This document shows positions 18,290-26,850 of a stretch of 64,000 bases of DNA, piece by piece. Source of the DNA: an uncultured Actinomycetes bacterium. GTDB lineage: Bacteria; Actinomycetota; UBA4738; HRBIN12. How positions within the stretch are numbered: position 1 is the stretch's first letter; each line of letters starts with the position of its first letter. The stretch lies in NCBI GenBank assembly GCA_963704725.1, contig OY969934.1:704001-768000 (forward strand), read 5' to 3'. The notes beneath the pieces are model-generated. The model was not told where the DNA came from, did no database searches, and saw only the letters and a list, made by a program, of their open reading frames with translations. The translations under genes were made by a program, and so were the position numbers.

Positions 18290-18312
18290 GTGACGCGACC
18301 GGCACCCACAAC

Positions 18313-19884
18313 GTGAGCACGGACGAGGAAACGGGCGCGACGGCGGAGCGGTCCTCGGGCGTGCGGCTGTCAGAGCTCGTCGCCGTCATCTCGTTCTCCT
18401 CCGACTTCGGGCTCGGACAGCCGATGGAGCATGTCCTGCGCTCGTGCCTGATCGCGCTCCGCCTCGCGGATCGCCTCGGCGTCGACGAGGACGGGCGGCG
18501 CGAGATCTACTGGGTCACGCTCCTCGCCCTCGTGTGCACGGGCGAGTCCTTCGAGCTCGCGGGGGTGTTCGGCGACGACGTGGCCTTCCGAGCGGGCATG
18601 TACCACGTCGGGCCGTCGCAGCTCGCGCAGATGCTCTACGTGCTCCGGTCGGCGTCCCCACGCGTGCGAGGGGCCGCGGGGATCGCGTCGAGCGGCGGGC
18701 GGTCGGTCGAGTCGATGTTCCTCGCGCACTGCGCCGTCACGCGCGAGGTGGCGCGGCGTCTCGGGCTCGGCACAGGCGTCGCCGAGGCGCTCTCGCACAC
18801 GTTCGCCCGGTGGGACGGCAAGGGGCTCCCGCGCGGCGTGGTGCCCGAGGACGTGCCGATCTCCGCGCGGGTGATGCAGCTCGCGGACCTCGCCGAGGTC
18901 CATCACCGCCTGCGCGGGATCGAGGGCGCGCTCGAGATGGTGCGGTCGAGGGCGGGCAGGATGTTCCCGCCGGATCTGGCGCGGCGCTTCCTGGACGACG
19001 CGCCGGAGATCCTGGCGGACCTCGACGACTCGGCATGGGACCGCGTCGTGGCCGCCGAGCCGGACCCTCGTCCGCCGCTCACCGAGGACGGGTTCGACGA
19101 GGTGCTCGAGGTCATGGCCGACATCGCCGACCTGAAGTCGCCGTGGTTCGCCGGCCATTCGCGCGGGGTGTCCGACCTCGCCGCGCGCGCGGTGCGCGCC
19201 GCCGGGATGCCGGAGCCCGACGTCGTCACCGTTCGGCGCGCGGGTCTCCTCCACGACCTCGGCCGGACGGCGATCGCGAACAGCCTGTGGGACCGGCGCG
19301 AGGCGCTCACGGACGGCCAGCACGAGCGGATCCGTCTGCACGCGTACTACACCGAGCGCATGCTGCGGCGTCCCGCCGCGCTCGCCGGGCTCGCGGCGAT
19401 CGCGTCGTCGGATCACGAGCGGCTGGACGGGTCGGGCTACCACCGGGGCGCGCGCGGCGCGGACATCCCTCTGCTCGGCCGCTACCTGGCCGCCGCCGAC
19501 GTGTACCACGCGCTGCTCGAGGATCGCCCCCACCGGCACGCCCGCACACCGAAGGAGGCGGCCGCGCACGTGCGGAGCGAGGCCCGGGCGGGGCGGCTCG
19601 ACGGCGCCGCGGTGGACGTCGTCCTCGGGGCGGCCGGCCACCGGCGCACCGGAGCGTCGGCCGCCCCCGCCGGACTCACGGCCAGGGAGGTCGAGGTCCT
19701 CGTCCTCGTCGCGCGCGGGTCGACCACCCGCCAGGTCGCTCGGGCGCTCGGCATCGCGCCGAAGACCGCCGGCAACCACATCGAGCGGATCTACGCGAAG
19801 ATCGGCGCGTCGAGCCGGTCCACCGCGACGCTGTTCGCGATGCGCCACGGCATGCTCGCCACGCTCGAGCCCGTCCGTCCCTGA
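18313..19884 (+). CDS. HD-GYP-like domain + LuxR HTH regulator (alternative start 18286)
   Basis: GQPMEH.LRSC, RWDGKG, GHSRGV, LLHDLGR, HERLDGSGY, GLTAREVEVL...KT..NHIE.IY.K. Confidence 0.88.
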   Translation: MSTDEETGATAERSSGVRLSELVAVISFSSDFGLGQPMEHVLRSCLIALRLADRLGVDEDGRREIYWVTLLALVCTGESFELAGVFGDDVAFRAGMYHVGPSQLAQMLYVLRSASPRVRGAAGIASSGGRSVESMFLAHCAVTREVARRLGLGTGVAEALSHTFARWDGKGLPRGVVPEDVPISARVMQLADLAEVHHRLRGIEGALEMVRSRAGRMFPPDLARRFLDDAPEILADLDDSAWDRVVAAEPDPRPPLTEDGFDEVLEVMADIADLKSPWFAGHSRGVSDLAARAVRAAGMPEPDVVTVRRAGLLHDLGRTAIANSLWDRREALTDGQHERIRLHAYYTERMLRRPAALAGLAAIASSDHERLDGSGYHRGARGADIPLLGRYLAAADVYHALLEDRPHRHARTPKEAAAHVRSEARAGRLDGAAVDVVLGAAGHRRTGASAAPAGLTAREVEVLVLVARGSTTRQVARALGIAPKTAGNHIERIYAKIGASSRSTATLFAMRHGMLATLEPVRP

Positions 19885-19898
19885 CGCCCCGCCCGGCG

Positions 19899-19918
19899 CA
19901 TGAGGAGAACTCCTCATG
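19899..19918. promoter_or_regulatory. Perfect palindrome, probable operator of the HD-LuxR regulator
   Basis: CATGAGGAG-aa-CTCCTCATG between the regulator and the cupin/SRPBCC genes. Confidence 0.6.
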
Positions 19919-19990
19919 ACGCGCTCTCGGGCTCTCCCTAGCGTGCGACGCATCCCCGGGGGTGTCCCGGGGCCGACGAGAGGAGGAGCG

Positions 19991-20374
19991 GTGACGGCGA
20001 CCGCGAGGAGCTTCGAGCAGCCGGACGACACGACGCGCTTCGCCAACGGCGAGCAGCGGATCGTCCACGTGATGGGCGCGCCCGTGGGCTTCGCCACGTT
20101 CCGGCCCGGGTGGCGGTGGTCGAACGACATCCGCCCGCTGGCCGGCACCGATCGGTGCCGCGCGCATCACGCCGGCTACGTCCTCGCCGGCAGGTTGCAC
20201 GTGGAGCCGCTCGACGGCCCGCCGGTCGAGCTGGCTGCGGGGGACGTGTTCGAGATCGCCCCGGAGCACGACGCGTGGGTGGTCGGGGACGAGGCGTGCG
20301 TGCTGATCGACTGGTTCGGCACGGCGGACGCGCCCGCACGCCCGACCGCGGAGCGCGCGGGAGCACGGCGATGA
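19991..20374 (+). CDS. Cupin domain protein
   Basis: AGGAGGAG RBS; PGWRWS..I.P..GT..C..HH.GY, P.HDAWVVGDE. Confidence 0.85.
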   Translation: MTATARSFEQPDDTTRFANGEQRIVHVMGAPVGFATFRPGWRWSNDIRPLAGTDRCRAHHAGYVLAGRLHVEPLDGPPVELAAGDVFEIAPEHDAWVVGDEACVLIDWFGTADAPARPTAERAGARR

Positions 20375-20892
20375 GCGGCACGCCGGCCACCCTGACGTTC
20401 CGCCTCTCGGTCCCGACCACGGCATCGCCCGCCGTCGTCTACCACCACCTCGCGGACCTCGGATCGCACCTCGTCTGGGCGGGGGAGCGGGCCCCTCGGA
20501 AGAGCTTCCGCCTGCTGACGATCGAAGCTCAGAGCCGCGCGGCGACCGTCGGCGAGCGGTTCTCCTCGAGCGGCGCGAACAGCAACGGGACCTTCTACGA
20601 CCGGTCCGTGGTGGTCGAGGCCGATCCCGGTGCGCGCCTCGGGTTCGACACCGAGTCGACGCTCGACCGCAAGCACGGCACGACCTGGCACGCCAGGTTC
20701 GCGCACCGCTACACGATCGAACGCTCGGGTGAGGGGGCGGTGGTCGCGTACGCGGCCGAGGTCCGGCCGCAGAACTACGTCCCGTACTGGCTGAAGCCGG
20801 GGATGCGCAGGGTGACGCGCGTCATGGTGCAGTCGATGATGCGCCGGAACCTCCGGAACCTCGTGGCGATGGCGGAGGCGTCGGAGGGCTAG
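20371..20892 (+). CDS. SRPBCC/polyketide cyclase-like protein
   Basis: ASPAVVY..LAD...H..W, VVEA.P..RLGF; ATGA overlap. Confidence 0.65.
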   Translation: MSGTPATLTFRLSVPTTASPAVVYHHLADLGSHLVWAGERAPRKSFRLLTIEAQSRAATVGERFSSSGANSNGTFYDRSVVVEADPGARLGFDTESTLDRKHGTTWHARFAHRYTIERSGEGAVVAYAAEVRPQNYVPYWLKPGMRRVTRVMVQSMMRRNLRNLVAMAEASEG

Positions 20893-22166
20893 GAGGTCCC
20901 GGCGAGCCCGTCGATCATGGCCGCCGGCACCCCGGACGCGTCGCAGGGATCGGGGCGCTCGCGCGGGGACAGGAGCTCCGCTATCGCGTCCCCGCCCTCG
21001 CGGGCCCCGAACACCTCGCCGTCGCGCCGCGCCCACAGCCACACGAGCCAGCCCTCGAAACCGTACGCGCACGAGTCGGCCTGCCAGTGGGCGAGAGCCC
21101 GGGCGCCGGCCGCGGCGTCGGCGTACGCGAAGCGGAACGCGCCGAACTCGCCCATGACGACCGGCATCTCGACCGCGTCGGACAGCCCGATCGCCGCCAC
21201 CTGTTCCGGGAGGTCGTGCCCCACCCCGGGGTACAGGTGCAGGTCCGCCAGGTCGAGGGCGGAGGACTCGAGCATCGACCTCGAAGGCACGATCCGCGGG
21301 TCGTCGCCGAGCTGCGCGAAGAACCCCATCGTGACGAGGGCGCCGGGATCGAGCCGGCGGATGGCCGCGCGGACCCGCTCCGTCGCCACGCGCACGTTCG
21401 ACTCGACCATCGCCTGCTTCTGCGCGGGGTTCGTCATGTCGTAGGTCTCGCCGTCGGCGGTCGTGACCGATCCCGACGTCAGCGACAGGGGCTCCACGTC
21501 GGCCAGGACGAACTGCTCCTGCTGGATCTCGTAGATCACGACCTCGAGCGGGGCGTGTTGCCGGCGCAGGGCCCGGATCACCTCGGTCCAGTACTCGACG
21601 AGCAGGTCGTGGCCCTCGGGCGCCAGCCACAACGAGTTGCGATAGCCGCCGAACGGGCTGCAGCAGGGCAGTCGGTCCGAGTACCCGCGGTCCGGGACGT
21701 CGACCGAGGCGAGCATCACCACGATCCCCTGGGCCCGGGCCATGCGGAGGAAGTCGGCGACGTTGCTCGCGTACGCCGGGCGGATCGATCCGTTCGCCGT
21801 GGAGATGCAGTCCACCCGGCACAGGTCGAGGAACACCCGCACCGTGTCGTAGCCGAGGGCGCGCATCCGTCGGAGCTCGCGACGGATCGCCGCCGGGTCC
21901 CAGTCGCGCGGGCGGAACAGGCCGCTCGCGACGTGGTCGCCCTCGCGGACCTTCATGAGCAGGTTCGCGCCGCGGGGGACGAACCGGTCGCCCGTGCGGC
22001 GGTCGAACAGCTCTCGCACGCCGTCGGCGCGCTCGCGGACGCCGATCCAGTGGCGGTCGCTTCGGGCGGCCGGCGCCGCCGCGGCCGAGAGCAGGGACGC
22101 GGTGAGCGCCACCACCAGCACGAGGGTGACCCGACGGCGCACGGTCGAGGGGGAGCGTAAGCCCAT
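20889..22166 (-). CDS. Secreted glycoside hydrolase, GH5/cellulase-like (start uncertain)
   Basis: Signal peptide; FVPRGAN, LGYDTVRVF, YEIQQE, DLHLYP, PVVMGEFG, GWLVW.W. Confidence 0.7.
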   Translation of the reverse strand: MGLRSPSTVRRRVTLVLVVALTASLLSAAAAPAARSDRHWIGVRERADGVRELFDRRTGDRFVPRGANLLMKVREGDHVASGLFRPRDWDPAAIRRELRRMRALGYDTVRVFLDLCRVDCISTANGSIRPAYASNVADFLRMARAQGIVVMLASVDVPDRGYSDRLPCCSPFGGYRNSLWLAPEGHDLLVEYWTEVIRALRRQHAPLEVVIYEIQQEQFVLADVEPLSLTSGSVTTADGETYDMTNPAQKQAMVESNVRVATERVRAAIRRLDPGALVTMGFFAQLGDDPRIVPSRSMLESSALDLADLHLYPGVGHDLPEQVAAIGLSDAVEMPVVMGEFGAFRFAYADAAAGARALAHWQADSCAYGFEGWLVWLWARRDGEVFGAREGGDAIAELLSPRERPDPCDASGVPAAMIDGLAGTS

Positions 22167-22203
22167 CGCTCGTTGGGGCGACATCTGATAATCTGATTCC
22201 GTG

Positions 22204-22455
22204 ATGAAGGACATCTCGGCGACGGACGCCGCTCGGAACTTCTCCGACCTGCTCGACTCGGTCGAACACGGGCACGAGAGCTTCGTCGTGACGAGGGGTG
22301 GGCACCCCGTGGCTCGGATCGTCCCCGCGGAGGCGGCGTCGGGAAGGGCCGTGAAGGACCTGCTCGATCGCCATGCGCCGGATCCCGGATGGTCCGCGGA
22401 TCTGGCGGAGCTGCGGTCCCTGCTGGTCACCGAGGAGCGCGACTGGACCGCCTGA
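22204..22455 (+). CDS. Phd/YefM family antitoxin
   Basis: ISATDAARNFSDLLD.VE...ESFVVTRGG.PVARIVP; ATCTGAT direct repeat upstream. Confidence 0.88.
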   Translation: MKDISATDAARNFSDLLDSVEHGHESFVVTRGGHPVARIVPAEAASGRAVKDLLDRHAPDPGWSADLAELRSLLVTEERDWTA

Positions 22456-22838
22456 TCCTCGACACGACCGTGCTCGTGTCCGCCGAGCGCCGTCGCCGCC
22501 GGATCCAGCAGGCGATCGGCGACGACGACGACGTGGCCATCGCCGCGATCACCGCCGCCGAGCTCCTGGTGGGGGTCGAGCTCGCCGACCGTCGGCACCG
22601 GTCGCCGCGCGAGGCCTTCGTCGGCGAGCTTCTCGAAACGCTGACCGTGGAGGACTACTCGCTCGCCACCGCCCGAGCCCATGCGCGCCTGCTCGCGTTC
22701 GCGCGCTCGTCCGGGCGACCGCGGGGCGCCCACGACTTGATGATCGCCGCAGCGGCGGTCGCCTCAGACCGTATCCTCGTGACCGCGGACGGCCGCGGAT
22801 TCGCGGAGCTCCCCGGGGTCGAGGTCCGCGTGGTCTGA
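22443..22838 (+). CDS. vapC: VapC family PIN toxin, probable CTG start
   Basis: LILDTTVLV, ITAAELLVG, RGAHDLMIAA.A, LVTAD..F; GAGGAG 5 nt before CTG 22443. Confidence 0.85.
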   Translation: MDRLILDTTVLVSAERRRRRIQQAIGDDDDVAIAAITAAELLVGVELADRRHRSPREAFVGELLETLTVEDYSLATARAHARLLAFARSSGRPRGAHDLMIAAAAVASDRILVTADGRGFAELPGVEVRVV

Positions 22839-22857
22839 AGCGAGGGAATGGGTCGGG

Positions 22858-23592
22858 CTATCGCCAGTCGACCGTGACGACCTCGACCGGCTCGGAGATG
22901 CCGCGGACCTGGACCTCGCGCGGCTCCGACGTCTCGTAGCGCGATCCCGCCGCCGTCGCCTTGCTCGCCACGATCTCGCCCCCGGCCGCGAGCGCGGCGA
23001 TCCGGGAGGCCTCGTGGACGCCCTTGCCGGTGAAGTTCTTGCCCACCTGCGTCGCCCCCGCCGCGTGCACGCCGACTCTCACGTTCGGCGCGAACCCGGC
23101 CTTGGCACGGTGATCGGCCAGCCGCCGCTGGATCGCCACGGCGCACGCCAGCGCCTCGTCCGGTGAGTCGAACCCGACGAAGAAGCCGTCGCCCGTCCCG
23201 ACGATCTCCTCGCCGCGGTGGTCGGTGAACAACCCACGGAGCGTCTCGTCGTGCCAGCGGAGGACGTTCTGCCAGGCCTCGTCGCCGAGCGCCTCGACCA
23301 GGTTCGTCGAGCGCTCGATGTCGGTGAACATGAACGTCTTCTGGACCCGGCGCGGCGCCTCCTTGCCGCGGAGCTGCCACGGCAGCAGGTCCGCGACCTC
23401 CTCGACCTCGACCGCGGCCGTGGGACACGCGAGCGCCGCCGTGCGCAGCAGCTCCTCGTCCACGCTCGCCGCGTCGGCCACGTCGGCCTTGGCGAAGTCA
23501 CCCTCCAGCCAGTCGAACGCCGTGGGTGCGATCGTGATGCAGTTGCCGGCCCCGATGCACCGATGCCGGTCGATCCGGGCCCGCAACGCCAT
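22858..23592 (-). CDS. Ferredoxin - class III adenylate/guanylate cyclase fusion
   Basis: N-terminal IDRHRCIGAGNC..APTAF...CPTAA; C-terminal FMFTDIERST, TGDGF, VRVGVH, GVHEASRI. Confidence 0.85.
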   Translation of the reverse strand: MALRARIDRHRCIGAGNCITIAPTAFDWLEGDFAKADVADAASVDEELLRTAALACPTAAVEVEEVADLLPWQLRGKEAPRRVQKTFMFTDIERSTNLVEALGDEAWQNVLRWHDETLRGLFTDHRGEEIVGTGDGFFVGFDSPDEALACAVAIQRRLADHRAKAGFAPNVRVGVHAAGATQVGKNFTGKGVHEASRIAALAAGGEIVASKATAAGSRYETSEPREVQVRGISEPVEVVTVDWR

Positions 23593-26500
23593 CAGATCAC
23601 CTCCCGGAACGCGTACGCCGTGGCCTCGGCTCGCGACGGCGTGCCGAGCCTCGCGTACAGCTCGGCCAGCCGGCTCGCCACCTCGGCCTCGCCGAGGCCG
23701 AGCTCCTCGGCGATCTCTCGGTCGGTGCGGCCCGCAACGAGCCCGCCCAGCAGCGCGACCTCCTGTTCGTCCAGCTCGGCCGGCCCGATGCCCTGGACCC
23801 CGTCCGCCGCGATGGGGCCGACCAGGCGGGCCAGCGCGCCTCCCGTCGAGCCCCGGAGCCACCGTGCCCGGACCTCGGGGTCGACCGTGCGCTGCGCGAT
23901 CAGCACGAGCGTCAGGCGCAGGTAGTCGACGACGCCCGCGCGCTCCTCCTCGGTCCCGCCCTCGACGATGGCCCGCGCGGCCGGGAGCACGATCTCGAGC
24001 GACACGTCCTCGTGCGCCGAATCCTGGAGGCTCTGGACCGCCGAGCGGGCCGCCTCCACCGCCTGCTCGACGCGGCCCCGCGCCAGCTCCACCATGGCCA
24101 TCGCCGCGTCGGCCTGGGCCGGCCACGGCGGGTGGCCCGGGAGCTGCGACGCGAGCGAGCGCACCTCGAGCGCCGCCGTCTCGGCCGCGCCGAGGAGCTC
24201 CTCGTCGCCGCCGGCCTCGCCGAGGCGGGCCGCCTCCACCGCCAGCCGGCCGAGGGCCTCGCACCGCGCCGCGGTCTGGCCTTGCGCGGCGGCGAGCTCG
24301 ATCGCCCGCTCGAAGTGCCGGCGCATCTCGTTGGCGTCGCCGGCCGCGGCGTGCACGAGCGCCCGCCACAGCTCGAGCTGTCGGGTGCGGAACGCCGTCG
24401 GCGCGTCCGACGCGGCGGCCTCGGCGCGGGCGAGCCATTCGCGGGCGCCCACGACGTCGTCCAGATCCAACCACGCCATCGCCGTCCCGCCGGCCGAGAG
24501 GAACTCGAAGCCCTTGTCGCCGATCACCTTGGCCTGGCGGTACGCCTCCTCGCCGCGCGAGACGGCGAGGTCGGGGATGACCTTGGCCCGCGCGAACACG
24601 TGCGTCCCGAAGACCATCTGCCACTCGGAGATCGCGCGCTCGCTGCCCTTCGTGAACGACTTGATGTTCGTCCACAGCCGGCGGATCTCCTCGATGTGGT
24701 GGCCGGCGCCCGAGCCCAGGTGGATGTCGGCGCCCCAGCTCAGGACGCCCATCGCGATGATCACCGTCATGGCGCCCTGGCGATCGTCGAGGCGCTCGTA
24801 GATCTCGAGCGCCTCGGGGAGCAGGCGCGAGGCCTCCTCGTAGAGGTGCGCCACCGGCGTCTGGCGAACGACCTCCGCCATGGGCATGGACGTCGTCATG
24901 CGCAGGAACTCCTGGTGGGCGCCGTTCATGATCTCCCCGACGAACCAGGCCCGGAACAAGCCGAAGTCGACGACGGCGATCTCGCGGAGCGAGGCGGCCA
25001 GCGCGCGGTCGTCGCCGAGCTCCCGGGCCAGGTCGGCGGCGTGGCGGAAGGCCTCGGCCGCGCCCTCGAGGTCTGCCTCCGTGAACGAGGGCGAGAACAT
25101 CTCGCCGAGCTCGGCGCCCATGAGCGCCTGCCCGAGCTCCAGCGTGGCCGCGAGCTCGAGCCGGCGGTCGCCGCTCGCCGCCGCATCGCCCTGGACCTGG
25201 CGAGCGAGCGTGGCCGACGCCTCGTGCTCCTCGGACTGGCGCAGGGCGGCCGTGCGGCGCAGGCGGACGTCGCGACCGGTGGAGCTCGTGTCGCCGAGCG
25301 CCTCGGCCAGCGCCTCGATCTCGGCGAGGCCCTCAAGTCGGTCGCCGGTGCGGTGGAGCATCTCGAGGGCGTCGTCGCGCGCGATGAGGAGCTGGAGGCG
25401 CTCCTGGGCGCTCGTTGCCGCCGGGAGCGCGAGGTCCACGACGCGCAGGACCTCCTCGGGGGCGCTCGCGCGCAGCGAGTTCTCCGCCGCCTGCAGCGAG
25501 AACCGGACGCAGATCGTCGCGTCGCCCGCCGCCTTCGCGTGGTGAGCGAGGAGCGGGAGGCTCTCGGGCGCCGGCGCGCCGGTCATGAGCAGCTGGACGA
25601 TCGCCTCGTGCACGGCCCGCCGCTTCGAAGGCGAGAGCGAGCCCGTCGCGAACTCGCGCACCTGGTCGTGGGCGAACGAGTAGTCGGCGGCCTCGTCCTT
25701 CGGGAGCTCGAGGAGCAGCCCGGCGGCGACGGCCGGCGCGAGCGCCTCGGCCAGCTCGTCGGTGGACGGTTTCCGGTCGCCCAACCGGACCTCGACCTCC
25801 TCGAGGTCCTTCAGGCTGAACCGGCGCCCGAGGATCGCGGCGAGGGCGAGCGCGCCCATCGTCTCGTCGGGCAGGCGCGCGGCGCGGCGGGAGATGAGCG
25901 TTCGCACCGCGGCGGGGACGAGCTTCTCGGCGCCCTTCGTGAGCGTCCAGACGTCGCCGACGCGCTGGGCCATGCCGGCCTCGCGGTAGGTCTGGGCCAG
26001 CTCGGCCAGGATGAACGGGACGCCCTCGGATTGGCCGTGCATCGTGTTCGCCATCCGCGGGTCGACGGTCCCGCCGAGCACCTCGGCCAGGAAGGTGGCG
26101 CTCTCCGGGTGGCTGAACCTCGACAGTCGGAACCGCCGGACGACGCCGAACCGCTCCATGTCGGCGAGGAGCGTCACGGCCTCGGTGACGAACGCGAGCT
26201 CCTCGGGCCGGATCGTGGCCATGAGCAGGATCGGGCTCGTCGTGACGGCGCGGACGACGTAGCGCATGGCCCGGAGGCTGTCGTCGTCGGCCCACTGGAG
26301 GTCGTCGACGAAGATCGCGAGCGGCTTCGCGGCGGCCAGGTCGCGCAGGGCCACGGCGGCGAGGTCGAACGTCCGCAGGAGCTTCGCGTCCGGCGGGAGG
26401 CCGGCGAGGGAGGGGTCGTCCCGGCCGGACAGTGCGTCGACGGCGGCCGCGAGCGCCGGGACCGACGAGTCGGCGGCGGCCGCGGCTCCCAGGATCGAGC

Positions 26501-26780
26501 GGGCGAGGAGGAACGGGCCGCGGAGCTCCTCGTCGGCGGCGACGGAGACGACGGTGAACCCGAGCGCGCTCGCCTGCTCGGCGGCGTCGACCATCAGCCG
26601 GGTCTTGCCGATGCCGGGCTCGCCCTCGAGCGTGAGGGCGGTGAGGCGGCCGGCGGCGGCGGAGCGCAGCTCCTGGCCGATCGCGGCGAGCTCGGTGGCG
26701 CGGCCCACGACCTCACGGGTGACGCGGCGGACCTGGAGCTGCAGCGGGGCGAAAGGGATCGCGGTGCCCGGTCGGCTCAT
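23592..26780 (-). CDS. STAND AAA ATPase - helical repeats - LuxR HTH regulator
   Basis: VGR..EL, GEPGIGKT, FVDDLQWAD, EGVPF, F.HD.VRE; C-terminal LuxR-type HTH. Confidence 0.88.
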   Translation of the reverse strand: MSRPGTAIPFAPLQLQVRRVTREVVGRATELAAIGQELRSAAAGRLTALTLEGEPGIGKTRLMVDAAEQASALGFTVVSVAADEELRGPFLLARSILGAAAAADSSVPALAAAVDALSGRDDPSLAGLPPDAKLLRTFDLAAVALRDLAAAKPLAIFVDDLQWADDDSLRAMRYVVRAVTTSPILLMATIRPEELAFVTEAVTLLADMERFGVVRRFRLSRFSHPESATFLAEVLGGTVDPRMANTMHGQSEGVPFILAELAQTYREAGMAQRVGDVWTLTKGAEKLVPAAVRTLISRRAARLPDETMGALALAAILGRRFSLKDLEEVEVRLGDRKPSTDELAEALAPAVAAGLLLELPKDEAADYSFAHDQVREFATGSLSPSKRRAVHEAIVQLLMTGAPAPESLPLLAHHAKAAGDATICVRFSLQAAENSLRASAPEEVLRVVDLALPAATSAQERLQLLIARDDALEMLHRTGDRLEGLAEIEALAEALGDTSSTGRDVRLRRTAALRQSEEHEASATLARQVQGDAAASGDRRLELAATLELGQALMGAELGEMFSPSFTEADLEGAAEAFRHAADLARELGDDRALAASLREIAVVDFGLFRAWFVGEIMNGAHQEFLRMTTSMPMAEVVRQTPVAHLYEEASRLLPEALEIYERLDDRQGAMTVIIAMGVLSWGADIHLGSGAGHHIEEIRRLWTNIKSFTKGSERAISEWQMVFGTHVFARAKVIPDLAVSRGEEAYRQAKVIGDKGFEFLSAGGTAMAWLDLDDVVGAREWLARAEAAASDAPTAFRTRQLELWRALVHAAAGDANEMRRHFERAIELAAAQGQTAARCEALGRLAVEAARLGEAGGDEELLGAAETAALEVRSLASQLPGHPPWPAQADAAMAMVELARGRVEQAVEAARSAVQSLQDSAHEDVSLEIVLPAARAIVEGGTEEERAGVVDYLRLTLVLIAQRTVDPEVRARWLRGSTGGALARLVGPIAADGVQGIGPAELDEQEVALLGGLVAGRTDREIAEELGLGEAEVASRLAELYARLGTPSRAEATAYAFREVI

Positions 26781-26850
26781 CGACCAATGAGGCTACGACA
26801 GGGCGGCATCACGCGCGCCGGAGGGCCGGCGGATCCACACGAGGGATTCG

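Noticed and set aside
15064-18305. CRISPR array interpretation of the repeated 19-mer
   Set aside because: Spacing is hundreds of bp and contains whole genes, copies diverge, and no cas genes are present
19883-19899. GACGCCCCGCCCGGCGC as a further cassette site
   Set aside because: Weak match in high-GC context with no matching left arm
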